Shown in pieces: positions 1 through 9,475 of a stretch of 53,024 nt of DNA. The translations under genes and the position numbers were made by a program. Origin of the DNA: Clostridia bacterium (GTDB lineage Bacteria > Bacillota > Clostridia > Christensenellales > UBA1242); contig JAGBBH010000077.1 in NCBI GenBank assembly GCA_017938505.1, forward strand, positions 1 to 53,024, written 5' to 3'. The notes under the pieces were generated by a model. That model had not been told where the DNA came from, did not search any database, and saw nothing but the letters and a program-made list of their open reading frames with translations. The stretch's first letter is position 1, and every line of letters begins with the position of its first letter.

Positions 1-1
1 A

Positions 2-2569
2 ATGGAAAGATACAGTGTGAACACAAAAACAATAACAAATCCTATTGTTCATGATTATCTTTCAAACAAGCATACAGTTTTAGTTGCAGGAACAACCACT
101 GAATTTTGGTTTTTTCCTGATAGTAAATATATTGAACTTGACATTTTAAGTCCACAAGAAGTCAACAAAACAATTAAAATTCCAAGACCTTATAATATAT
201 TGATGGAATATTTTACAAAAACAAACTATGCATTTAAGGGAACAGTGTCAACAGATTATAATTCTGTAACACTTGACATTATTGCACCTGATGGAACAAC
301 AGTGGCAAGTGAAAAAGACTCGTGTTCAGGTTCACCTGATGAATATTATTTTGATTTTACACCTTCACAACTTGGTGATTATACCTTCAAACTTGATGCA
401 GATGGAAACTTGGGTGATATTGGGCATGTAACTGCCAGTTTTAACATTGTTATTGTTACACCATCAAATAAAAAAGATGATTGGACAATAAAACAGGTTT
501 GTGATGTTTTACTTCAAACTTGTGATTGTTTAAGGGAAGGTGAAAGTCCAAGATTTGTTATGGCACAACCTGGTGAATATGAAAAGCACCAAGATGTCAT
601 TGCTGATTTATTTGCATCAAAATCACCTGAATTTTCATTTACAAGATGCACACTGTTTGAAGCATTAAAAGAAGTTGGTGATTATATACATGCAATTCCA
701 AGATTGAGGAACAACAAAGTTTTCTTTGATTTGCTTGGTTTAGATGAAAAATGTTCTGTAAACCTGGAAAAATACAATTCACATGTTGAAACAAGAAACA
801 TTGATAATTTTTGCAGTGAACTGGACATGAATGTTGACAATTTGATGGAATCAGACAATGATGCAGAAGGCAGTGTTATTGAACCATACAACAATGGTTA
901 TAAGACCATAAGAGTTGAAACAGGCACTGCACAGATAACAGAAGATGGAATGATAATTGCAACAGAGCATCCTATATATGATGTCATAAAGTTAGAAGCA
1001 GGGTATTTGAGCAATGGTGCATTTGTTGGTGATATTACACCATTTGTATATGAAAATGCTGAATATCTTACTTTGTCCAGTTCCAGCGACAAATTTCCAA
1101 CATCTAAAATGTTTGCTATTAAGTTTACACAGGGGCAAAAGAATATCACAGAATTGAATTTTAAGAATGAACACTTAATAAGTCAGGCATTTGAAAATTA
1201 TGCAATTTTGAATATTCTTTACAAAAAATTAAACCTTTCAACAAACTGGTGGAGCAACTTTTGGAATAATGAAGATGTTTACAATTTGCAATTTAAGATA
1301 ACATATATACCTATGGTGTCTGCAAGAGTTAAACAGGTAAAACCAAATGTTGAAGATATGGCATTTAAGAATGTGTTATCATACAACCAAAGTGCAAACA
1401 TGGTAAGTGCAAATGCACTTGGCGAACATCTAAAAGGTGTTGTTGCAAAATATGGTGTGCCTGAAAAGAAATTGATGTTTACAGTTAGCAAATTGAGTGA
1501 AGTTCCAAAAGTAAACACAATTTATGGTGATTATACTATCACAAGTGTAAAAACAGAAACTTATAACAACTTTATTTTGGTTGAAGTTGGAATGAGTAAA
1601 GATTTCAACAACAAATGTGCTTATCTTTCAATTAACAGTCAAAGAAGATATTATGAAGTAAGTGAAAAAGCATCATATCAAAGATTTGTCATTTATGAAG
1701 AATATTGTTTGATTGGTGATGACTATGAAAGTGATGAAGGCACATTGATGACAGATTTTTCAATGAACGGTTTTGTCAATTCATTCACAACTGGCGAATT
1801 AACAAATGTTGGTTTGGTGAAGTTAAAAGGTTACATGGAAGATAACACAGAACTGCCTGAAATCGTAAGACCAGTTGTAACACTTGGCATTGGAAATTCA
1901 ATGTTGTTTGCATTTTACTTTGAAGACAATTATTCAGCAGGACAGTCAGCATCATACAATGGGAAAACAAAGATCCAGGAATATGTAAAATATGTTGATG
2001 TTCATGGTGAAATTGACAAAATGGAACTTACATTTGGAAGAATTAAGGATTTTGATTATTCTTATTCACTTGCAGTTGAAACAGGGGATTTGTTTCCGCA
2101 TGGTGCATCTGTTCCTGATGGACACATGGAAACAATCTTTACAACAAACAATAAACCTATTATTTTGAAGAAAGATAACAGGGAACAGATTGCAATTTCA
2201 TATCAAATGCATTTCTTGGCAACAAAAGATAGAAAAAACATGATTATTGGTTCAGGAATGGGAAGAAAAAACACATTCACTTCAAAAGAGAATTTGAACT
2301 ATAAATTGTTTATATTGCCAAAGAAAATCAATAAATTTGAAAGCAGTATTGATTTGACAGGTGCAACAGAACTTGAAATTAAAGTTACTAAACACAACAA
2401 CCATAAATTGAAACTTGAAAATGTTACTGCAACCGCAGAAGGTAGTGCTTGGGCATTAGTGAATGTTGGTGCAACAAATGAATTGTTGGTTGGCGAAAAT
2501 ACATCAATAAAAAATGGTGAAGAAATATCTTTGCCATTTTTCAATTTTACAAGAAAAATAAGAGATTAG
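2..2569 (+). CDS. Phage tail/baseplate structural protein (large, 855 aa); N-terminus possibly truncated by the window edge
   Basis: The ORF starts at the first ATG of the window, so upstream sequence is unseen. It lies 9 nt upstream of the tail-fibre genes. No catalytic motif was recognised; the call rests on size and context only. Confidence 0.45.
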   Translation: MERYSVNTKTITNPIVHDYLSNKHTVLVAGTTTEFWFFPDSKYIELDILSPQEVNKTIKIPRPYNILMEYFTKTNYAFKGTVSTDYNSVTLDIIAPDGTTVASEKDSCSGSPDEYYFDFTPSQLGDYTFKLDADGNLGDIGHVTASFNIVIVTPSNKKDDWTIKQVCDVLLQTCDCLREGESPRFVMAQPGEYEKHQDVIADLFASKSPEFSFTRCTLFEALKEVGDYIHAIPRLRNNKVFFDLLGLDEKCSVNLEKYNSHVETRNIDNFCSELDMNVDNLMESDNDAEGSVIEPYNNGYKTIRVETGTAQITEDGMIIATEHPIYDVIKLEAGYLSNGAFVGDITPFVYENAEYLTLSSSSDKFPTSKMFAIKFTQGQKNITELNFKNEHLISQAFENYAILNILYKKLNLSTNWWSNFWNNEDVYNLQFKITYIPMVSARVKQVKPNVEDMAFKNVLSYNQSANMVSANALGEHLKGVVAKYGVPEKKLMFTVSKLSEVPKVNTIYGDYTITSVKTETYNNFILVEVGMSKDFNNKCAYLSINSQRRYYEVSEKASYQRFVIYEEYCLIGDDYESDEGTLMTDFSMNGFVNSFTTGELTNVGLVKLKGYMEDNTELPEIVRPVVTLGIGNSMLFAFYFEDNYSAGQSASYNGKTKIQEYVKYVDVHGEIDKMELTFGRIKDFDYSYSLAVETGDLFPHGASVPDGHMETIFTTNNKPIILKKDNREQIAISYQMHFLATKDRKNMIIGSGMGRKNTFTSKENLNYKLFILPKKINKFESSIDLTGATELEIKVTKHNNHKLKLENVTATAEGSAWALVNVGATNELLVGENTSIKNGEEISLPFFNFTRKIRD

Positions 2570-2578
2570 GAGGTTCTT

Positions 2579-4990
2579 ATGATAATTTTTGCAGATGAAA
2601 AATTGAATGTTAAAAAGTTGCTTCATGAAGCAGTGCATCAGGGAAGCAATAAGGCAAATTCAATTCAATTTGTTGCACCTATAAATAGCAATGCAACAAT
2701 AAAAATTGCTTTTGAATTGCCAAATGCAGAAAACACAAGACAGTATTTAATGGAAAGTGTTGGTGCATACGAAGATTATTACATGTGGAGTCTTGAAGTT
2801 CCTTACAATGTTTCAAAAGTTCCTGGCAGAGTAAGGTGTCAAATAATTGCCACAATCGGTTCACAACAAATTGGTAGTCAGGCGGTTGATTTTGTTGTTA
2901 CAGAAGGTGTTGAATACAACAATGCTGAATTTGAAGAAGACCAGTTTAGTGAAATTATTGGTTACATCAACGAAACAAAAGTTGGTGTTGCAAACAAAGT
3001 AAATATTAACTACAACGAAATGTTGTTGGTTGAAAGTCCTTTAACCACTTATAGTTCGGAGTGTTACAGAGCAATATATTCTTACAATGCGGTTGCAGGA
3101 AATATTGCAAACACAACAGGATACTTTGTATATCAATATAATGCAGACACAGGATCAGGTGAATATGTTGAAGCAACTGGTGCAGTTGATAATACTATAA
3201 CATATTACACAAGAGTTATAAACGGTTATGAAAGAGTTACATTGCCTGATGATTATGTTGAAGGTGTGAATTTCTATCAAATCAAAACACAACAATCAAT
3301 ATTCAATGATGAAAATGGTTTGTATTTCTACATTGTGCAAGATGGCAAGTCAAAAATCATGAGAATACAAAGTGATAAAATCACCATTGATGATTCCAAA
3401 GTTATTACAGAAAAAGACATGACCGCAGAAAATGTTGCCTTCAATGATGAAGACACAACACTTGGTGCAAAGAATGTCCAAGATGCAATTAAAATGGTGG
3501 ACAAAAAGGTTGATGCCATTGACACTTCACAAGTTATGACTTTTGTTAAACTTGGTATGTTAAGTATTCCAGTGAATGAATGGAGTTCTGTTCAATATTT
3601 ATATGTGAATGTTGAAGTTAGCGAAGCAGATTTTGGCAACACATACTTTGTATTTGATAGTGAAACAAAAGATTATAATGAAATTGTGTTGGGTGCAGAC
3701 AATTATGATTTAGAAACTGCATATTACAAACGAGAAGAATTTTATTATTATGATTTCAAACACAGGTTGTTAACAAACAGTGTTACACAAGATATTTTAC
3801 TTACTCCTGATGATGACACAAATGCATTGTGTGATGAAGAACACATTAAAATCTATCCGCATGTTGAGATGGGCGGAACAACAGGCAATGCTTATGGAAG
3901 AATTAAAGTCAGCAAGTTGCCATCAAGAACAATTACATTCACAGATGTAACATTGTATGGAACTGGCATTGCAAGTGAAATTGAAGGGTTGAAAGCAAGT
4001 CAAATTGACTTCACTCCAACAGATGACATTGAGTCAATAAGTGTTCAGGGTGCAGTTGTTGAAGTAAATACAAAAATAAACAATCATATTGAAAGCACAG
4101 AAGAAACCATTAAAGAAATGGAAAACACTGTTGCGAATTTGAGAGAATCCAAAACTGTTGATGCTTACATTGTTGACAATGCAGGTGCTTATAGTTCACT
4201 TTGGTTGAAAGATAAAGATGGCAATATTTTCAATACTGCTGATGGAACTTTGAACCAGTATGACAATTATTACATTGCACAGGAAGGCACAGATTATTCA
4301 GGAAACACTTATACCTGGAGTGGATCAAATTATGTTAAGGTTGCAGGAAACTTGACACTTGGAAGCGGTGCAACACAAGCATATCCAGGAAATGAAGGTG
4401 CAAAGAACAGAACAGATTTGACACAAGCAAAAAGTGATATTACAAAACTTGCACAAAGAATGACAACCGCAGAAAATACAAATTCTTCACAAGATAATAG
4501 TATTTCAGCATTGAACACAACAATAAACAGTTTGCAAACCATTGTAAACAACCTGAAATCTTTGGTTGGAAGTTCTTCATTGAACACATCATCAAAAGAC
4601 CTGGCAAATGCTATTAACGAATTAAAAAATGCAATGTTTATTCCAAATATAACAACTGGAACAAACAGAGCATCAGGCAAAAATACAATGTATCACAACT
4701 GGGTATGCTTTGACATTGGTTCATACAGAATGATATTTGGAAAGGTTGATGCACTTGATGCAAATGGCAATGTTAGAGTTTCATGGAATCAGGCAATGTT
4801 CAAAAGTGCAACAAATGACATAAATGGTTATGTTATTGTTCCTGGTTTCACAATTCAGTCAAGAACAGACAATCGTGGTATGGATGAACCAACACATGTA
4901 AAAGCAATTTACACAGATGGTTTCATTTTTTACAATTCAAATGGTTATACAACATGCGGAACTTATGTCGCATTTGGTAAAAAGGTTTAG
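2579..4990 (+). CDS. Phage tail fibre protein (803 aa)
   Basis: GGAGG RBS upstream. Contains the motif TLGAKNVQDAIKMVD, which I recall from many tail fibres. Also has a Ser/Asn/Thr-rich heptad-like stretch (NSISALNTTINSLQTIVNNLKSLV). Confidence 0.6.
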   Translation: MIIFADEKLNVKKLLHEAVHQGSNKANSIQFVAPINSNATIKIAFELPNAENTRQYLMESVGAYEDYYMWSLEVPYNVSKVPGRVRCQIIATIGSQQIGSQAVDFVVTEGVEYNNAEFEEDQFSEIIGYINETKVGVANKVNINYNEMLLVESPLTTYSSECYRAIYSYNAVAGNIANTTGYFVYQYNADTGSGEYVEATGAVDNTITYYTRVINGYERVTLPDDYVEGVNFYQIKTQQSIFNDENGLYFYIVQDGKSKIMRIQSDKITIDDSKVITEKDMTAENVAFNDEDTTLGAKNVQDAIKMVDKKVDAIDTSQVMTFVKLGMLSIPVNEWSSVQYLYVNVEVSEADFGNTYFVFDSETKDYNEIVLGADNYDLETAYYKREEFYYYDFKHRLLTNSVTQDILLTPDDDTNALCDEEHIKIYPHVEMGGTTGNAYGRIKVSKLPSRTITFTDVTLYGTGIASEIEGLKASQIDFTPTDDIESISVQGAVVEVNTKINNHIESTEETIKEMENTVANLRESKTVDAYIVDNAGAYSSLWLKDKDGNIFNTADGTLNQYDNYYIAQEGTDYSGNTYTWSGSNYVKVAGNLTLGSGATQAYPGNEGAKNRTDLTQAKSDITKLAQRMTTAENTNSSQDNSISALNTTINSLQTIVNNLKSLVGSSSLNTSSKDLANAINELKNAMFIPNITTGTNRASGKNTMYHNWVCFDIGSYRMIFGKVDALDANGNVRVSWNQAMFKSATNDINGYVIVPGFTIQSRTDNRGMDEPTHVKAIYTDGFIFYNSNGYTTCGTYVAFGKKV

Positions 4991-4999
4991 GAGGTTATT

Positions 5000-5533
5000 A
5001 TGGGTTCAATATTTACAGGCGAAGCAAGTTTGAAGAAAATTGAAGAACTTGAAGCAAAAATATCAGGGTTTGTTTCTGCAAATGACATTTTGGAAAATGG
5101 CAAAATTAAACAATCACTTATTCCTGGATCAACAGATGAAGTGCATGAGTTTGACACATTTGCAGATTTTCCTGCTATTGCAGATGCGAAAAAAGATGTT
5201 ATATACATTGACTTGTCAACAAACTATCAATACAGGTTTAGTGGCACACAATATATAAACATTTCTTCATCAGTTATTCATGATGAAGCAGAAGGTGATG
5301 TTACAACATACTCCAGCAAAAAAATCAATGAATTGATTAGAAACAAAACAGAGATTGATGACACTTCAAATAGCACAACAAAAACATTGTCCAGTGCGAA
5401 AATCAAAGCAGATTATCAAACAAAGACATTAGCAGATGTCGGTGGTTTCTTCACCAACAAAACTGTTGAAGGTGCTTTGCAAGAAATAGGCAGTGCATTG
5501 AATGGTGTTGAAGATTTGTTGAGTGAAATATAG
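5000..5533 (+). CDS. Tail fibre-associated protein (177 aa)
   Basis: GGAGG RBS. The C-terminal TVEGALQEIGSALNGVEDLL resembles the motif in the preceding fibre gene. Position is within the fibre module. Confidence 0.45.
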   Translation: MGSIFTGEASLKKIEELEAKISGFVSANDILENGKIKQSLIPGSTDEVHEFDTFADFPAIADAKKDVIYIDLSTNYQYRFSGTQYINISSSVIHDEAEGDVTTYSSKKINELIRNKTEIDDTSNSTTKTLSSAKIKADYQTKTLADVGGFFTNKTVEGALQEIGSALNGVEDLLSEI

Positions 5534-5542
5534 GAGGCAATT

Positions 5543-7015
5543 ATGAGTATTATAGAAGAATACAACAGAATTAAAAATGCGAAAACAAACCTAAAAACAG
5601 GTTTGAATGCAATATTGCCAAGCGAACATCAAATCAGTGATGATGAAAAACTTGACACTTATGCAGACCACTTGGAACACATTGAAACAGGTTCAGGTGG
5701 TGGCGGTGGTGAAAACATTGATATAAATGTAACAATAAATGGTAGTTCTGCAATTATGGTTGCAGAATTGCCAAATGTTACACTTGCAATCAAAAATTCA
5801 TCAGGTGTGGTTTTAAGCACACAAAACACTGGTTCAGCAGGTGGTGTTGTTATATTCAGTGTGGGTGGCAATGGAACATACACAGTTACTGCAACAGATA
5901 GTTATGGCACAGAATTGTGGACAAATGACATTGTTATTGATGGTGTTGGAACTTACAACTGCAAAACAGGTAAAGCATTGAATGATTATACTTGGGCAGA
6001 AATAAACACCGCTTCCACTGGTGGTTATGCCAAATACATGTGGAGTGTTGGTGATGGCAAAATTTTTGTCAGCACAGGTTCAATTTTTAACAACTATGAG
6101 TTCATCATAATTGGTTTTGGACATGACACATTGGCAAGTGATGGTGTTTCAAAGGCAGGTATAACCTTCATGATGAAAAAACACTATTCAGGTTCATCAT
6201 ACAATATCAACTTGAAACTTTATCTTAATGGTTCATCAACTTACAGAAATATGGGTGGTTATAGAAGCAGTTTGATGCGACAAAGAAGTTTGCCACAGGG
6301 TAGTGAGATTTATTCACAAGCAAGTGGTGTTACTGCTGATTTGTTGGCAAGTGGTTTCCGCTATGCAGATGGCACACTTTGTCCACTATATTCTTATGAT
6401 GAAAGCACAGACACTTACACAGAAGCAACAGGCGAAACTTTTAGCACAAGCAAAGTTTATCATATTAAAGGTTATTACAAATCACTTGGAACAATAGAAG
6501 AAGCAGATTTTGTTGAAGGTAAACATTTCATCTATTCAACAAATGGTTATACAGTGCCTTCTGCTTGGGCATCAGGAACAACCTATTATGTTATTTATCA
6601 AACATTGCAAGAAGATGGTGTTTTTTATAGTGCATTAAGCGAAATCATGCAATATATTAAACCTATTCAAAAAACACAAAGCACAGGAAACCAAAAAACA
6701 TCTTTATGCACAACAGAAGAAAAGGTTTGGCATTTGGCGGTTGAAGAAGTGTTTGGAATAAATAAAGACACAGTATTGTTGACTGGAAGTAAGGGAACAT
6801 CAGCAAATGCTTATAATGCATCAGGTGAAGGTTCTATTTATGATTACTTCAAAAACGAATATAACCTTTCAAAAATTGCACTTGGCAACACCTGGTGGAC
6901 TCGCAGTCCTTACACTAATTACAGTATTAATTGGAACAATGTTTACAATTATGGTAACATCAATAATAACAATGTCTACAATACATACTATGTCCGCCCC
7001 TGCTTCTGCATCTAA
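5543..7015 (+). CDS. DGR target (variable) protein; putative receptor-binding protein with a C-terminal C-type-lectin-fold variable region
   Basis: GGAGG RBS. The C-terminus WWTRSPYTNYSINWNNVYNYGNINNNNVYNTYYVRPCFCI is Asn/Tyr-rich. It is encoded by VR 6891-7007, which matches TR 7491-7607 except at template adenines. Confidence 0.85.
   Translation: MSIIEEYNRIKNAKTNLKTGLNAILPSEHQISDDEKLDTYADHLEHIETGSGGGGGENIDINVTINGSSAIMVAELPNVTLAIKNSSGVVLSTQNTGSAGGVVIFSVGGNGTYTVTATDSYGTELWTNDIVIDGVGTYNCKTGKALNDYTWAEINTASTGGYAKYMWSVGDGKIFVSTGSIFNNYEFIIIGFGHDTLASDGVSKAGITFMMKKHYSGSSYNINLKLYLNGSSTYRNMGGYRSSLMRQRSLPQGSEIYSQASGVTADLLASGFRYADGTLCPLYSYDESTDTYTEATGETFSTSKVYHIKGYYKSLGTIEEADFVEGKHFIYSTNGYTVPSAWASGTTYYVIYQTLQEDGVFYSALSEIMQYIKPIQKTQSTGNQKTSLCTTEEKVWHLAVEEVFGINKDTVLLTGSKGTSANAYNASGEGSIYDYFKNEYNLSKIALGNTWWTRSPYTNYSINWNNVYNYGNINNNNVYNTYYVRPCFCI
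6891..7007 (+). repeat. DGR variable repeat (VR)
   Basis: 117-nt match to 7491-7607 at an offset of exactly 600 nt. All 12 differences fall where the other copy has A. It covers the last ~40 codons of the target ORF. Confidence 0.9.
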
Positions 7016-7023
7016 AAAAATCA

Positions 7024-7041
7024 GCCACCTGGCAGGGTGGC
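7024..7041 (+). promoter_or_regulatory. GC-rich hairpin downstream of VR (DGR target-recognition cruciform candidate; may also act as a terminator)
   Basis: GCCACC(T)-GGCA-(G)GGTGGC forms 6 GC-rich bp plus one G-U closing pair with a 4-nt loop. It starts 17 nt after the VR/TR homology ends. Confidence 0.6.
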
Positions 7042-7060
7042 ATAACAAAAAGGAGTTTTT

Positions 7061-7468
7061 ATGTCGGTTATTTCTTCAAAGAGAAAAGAAAGTCATGTGC
7101 AGTTTATAACAACCGCAGGTGAATTGTTGAAGTTTACAACACAAAACTGTTTGAAATTTCCAAAAAGAATAACATTCTTTATTTCAACAGATTTAGTAAA
7201 GACCGCACAAGATATTTACAGGGATTTGATTTATGCAAATTCATTGTATTTATTCACACAGGAACATGCGGTTAAAAGAAAAGAGTTGTTTGAAAAAGCA
7301 CTTGGTTATTTGGAATATTTGTCATCAATGCTTAATGTGGCAATGGTTTATGTTCCAAACACAAAACCAACAGTTTGGACAAAGTGGACAGACCTGATTG
7401 GCAAAGAAAAACAACTTATCAAAAATGTTATTGCAAGTGATGCCAAGCGAACAGTGCAAACAAGATGA
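7061..7468 (+). CDS. avd: Accessory variability determinant (Avd-like four-helix-bundle protein, 135 aa)
   Basis: AAGGAG RBS. A small, basic, apparently helical protein lying between the target gene and TR, as avd does in BPP-1. Contains an FPKR...ANS-type pattern. Confidence 0.7.
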   Translation: MSVISSKRKESHVQFITTAGELLKFTTQNCLKFPKRITFFISTDLVKTAQDIYRDLIYANSLYLFTQEHAVKRKELFEKALGYLEYLSSMLNVAMVYVPNTKPTVWTKWTDLIGKEKQLIKNVIASDAKRTVQTR

Positions 7469-7490
7469 TTTTACTTGGGCAAATGCTGAT

Positions 7491-7607
7491 ACTGGTGGAC
7501 TCGCAGTCCTAACACTAATAACAATAATAATTGGAACAATGTTAACAATAATGGTAACATCAATAATAACAATGTAAACAATACAAACAATGTCCGCCCC
7601 TGATTCT
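7491..7607 (+). repeat. DGR template repeat (TR), non-coding
   Basis: Intergenic between avd and the RT. Read in the VR frame it is a run of AAC/AAT codons. I counted about 49 adenines by eye. It carries A at every position where VR differs. Confidence 0.9.
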
Positions 7608-7755
7608 ATTTATCTATGCAAGCAGAGTAAAATGAAAATTTGAAAATATGCAAAAAAAGAAGGAGTGTTTGCCCTTCCAAGAATGGAAAAAAAGGTGATT
7701 TGATGCAACCTGGTGAACCAGTTGTTGCTATAAACAAACACAAAGGTGATTTTAT

Positions 7756-8796
7756 ATGAGATGTGAAAAACAATTAACTTATGATGAAGTTTTTACTTTT
7801 GACAATCTTTTGACTTGTGCAAAAGCATGTTTCAAAGGTGTTCGGTGGAAACCAAGCACACAGATTTATGAAACACAAATGATTAAAAATGTAAGTGAAA
7901 CATACAAGATCCTGAAAGACAGGAAATATAAGTCAAAAGGTTTTCATACATTTTATATTCACGAAAGGGGAAAAGTCAGGTATATTCAATCGGTTCATAT
8001 AAGCGAAAGAGTTGTGCAAAAATGCTTGTGTGATTATTGCCTGACACCAACATTCGCACCAACATTCATTTATGATAATGGTGCATGTATGAAGAAAAAG
8101 GGAACACATTTTGCAGTTAGAAGATTGAAAACACATCTTTCAAAATATTACAGGGAACATGGACATACTGGGTATGTCCTTTTGTTTGACCTGCACAATT
8201 ACTTCAATTCAATCAATCATGAAGTATTGTTGGAAAAAGTAAAACCAAAGATAAAAGATGAAGAATTGTTTAACATTTACAAGTATTTTATTGATTGCTT
8301 CAAAGGTGATGGTTTGGGGTTGGGTTCGCAAATTTCACAAATCAGTGCTTCCATTTACTTGAATGGTTTAGACCATTACATAAAAGAAAAATTACACATT
8401 AAGTATTATGGAAGATACATGGATGATGGTTACTTGATTTGCAATTCAAAATATGAATTAAAACATTGTTTGGAATGCATCAAAGAAATTGTCAAAGATT
8501 TGAAAATTGAACTAAACGAACATAAAACACAAATCAAAAAATTGCAAGATGGTTTCAGGTTTTTGAAAAGAAACTTTTATTTGAAACCTGATGGCAAAAT
8601 TGTGATGAAACCTTACAAAAAGAACATTCAAAGATATAAAACAAAATATCGCAAACTTTTGAAGAAAGGTGCATCACAACAAACACTTGATGTTTTACAA
8701 CAAACCTTTGTTGGTTACTTGAAAGAATTTCATTACAAAGATTATTACACAGGGAGGATAAGAAAATGTTTAGACCAAGAGAATTGCCAAACATAA
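7756..8796 (+). CDS. DGR reverse transcriptase (346 aa)
   Basis: Contains the YMDD catalytic box (GRYMDDGYL) and LGLGSQISQISASIYLN, the GxxxSQ motif typical of DGR RTs. No maturase or endonuclease extension. Lies immediately 3' of TR plus a ~150-nt spacer. Confidence 0.9.
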   Translation: MRCEKQLTYDEVFTFDNLLTCAKACFKGVRWKPSTQIYETQMIKNVSETYKILKDRKYKSKGFHTFYIHERGKVRYIQSVHISERVVQKCLCDYCLTPTFAPTFIYDNGACMKKKGTHFAVRRLKTHLSKYYREHGHTGYVLLFDLHNYFNSINHEVLLEKVKPKIKDEELFNIYKYFIDCFKGDGLGLGSQISQISASIYLNGLDHYIKEKLHIKYYGRYMDDGYLICNSKYELKHCLECIKEIVKDLKIELNEHKTQIKKLQDGFRFLKRNFYLKPDGKIVMKPYKKNIQRYKTKYRKLLKKGASQQTLDVLQQTFVGYLKEFHYKDYYTGRIRKCLDQENCQT

Positions 8797-9017
8797 CAAA
8801 AGACATTGTTATCAACAATGACATTTATGTTGTGGCGGGTATTTTATACCTAAACAGTGCCGAACACCAGTTTAAGCATGAAAAAGGTGCTTGGTATATC
8901 AAAGTTGATGATGGTTCTTTTGTTGAGATTGGACAGGGTGCAATGCCTGGTTTTATTCTTGAAGAAAGAATTGATGCAACTGGTTTTGATGACTTTTTTG
9001 AAGAAATAGAAGAATAG
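8766..9017 (+). CDS. Hypothetical phage protein (83 aa), overlaps the RT 3' end by 31 nt
   Basis: GGGAGGA RBS 7 nt before the ATG. No recognisable motif. Confidence 0.4.
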   Translation: MFRPRELPNITKDIVINNDIYVVAGILYLNSAEHQFKHEKGAWYIKVDDGSFVEIGQGAMPGFILEERIDATGFDDFFEEIEE

Positions 9018-9025
9018 GAGGAAGT

Positions 9026-9472
9026 ATGGAAAAGAAACTAAAATTTTTTGACAAAACTGGCAAATTTGATGATGCCAGTTATCTTTTAACTGACAATGAA
9101 CCACTTATTGTTTTGCTCCAGGTTGACACAGGAAGAACTGTTGACTATTATGTAACACTTCAAAACGAGAATGGCAAGAAAGTCAATTTGAAGGCGAAAA
9201 ACAAGCAATTTGAAGTGCCAAAGGAACTTTTGACTTATGGTTCAATAGACACAACTATTGTGGCAAAAGTAGGCAATAACACAGTCAAAACAATATTCTG
9301 TGAAAAACTTATTGTTAAAGATGTTGGTGGACAAACACAGGTGATTCCTGAAATTGAAGCATTGCATCTTGAATTAAACAAAACAAATCAAAAATTCATT
9401 GATTACAAGCAGGAAGTCAATGAAAAACTTGAAAAAATGAGAAAGTGCATTGAAGCACTTATGGAGGGTTAA
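9026..9472 (+). CDS. Hypothetical phage protein (148 aa) with a C-terminal coiled coil
   Basis: GGAGGA RBS. The heptad-like C-terminus is IPEIEALHLELNKTNQKFIDYKQEVNEKLEKM. Confidence 0.5.
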   Translation: MEKKLKFFDKTGKFDDASYLLTDNEPLIVLLQVDTGRTVDYYVTLQNENGKKVNLKAKNKQFEVPKELLTYGSIDTTIVAKVGNNTVKTIFCEKLIVKDVGGQTQVIPEIEALHLELNKTNQKFIDYKQEVNEKLEKMRKCIEALMEG

Positions 9473-9475
9473 AAT

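Noticed and set aside
6807-7109. 100-aa ORF overlapping the VR, hairpin and avd start
   Set aside because: It is an alternative frame of the target gene's 3' end with no RBS. It is explained by the AAY-rich VR having few stops in other frames.
7756-8796. The RT as a retron, group II intron or Abi-type reverse transcriptase
   Set aside because: It has no maturase or endonuclease domains, no intron-like structured flanks and no msr/msd-style inverted repeats. The adjacent TR/VR pair with adenine-only mismatches and the GxxxSQ motif point to a DGR.
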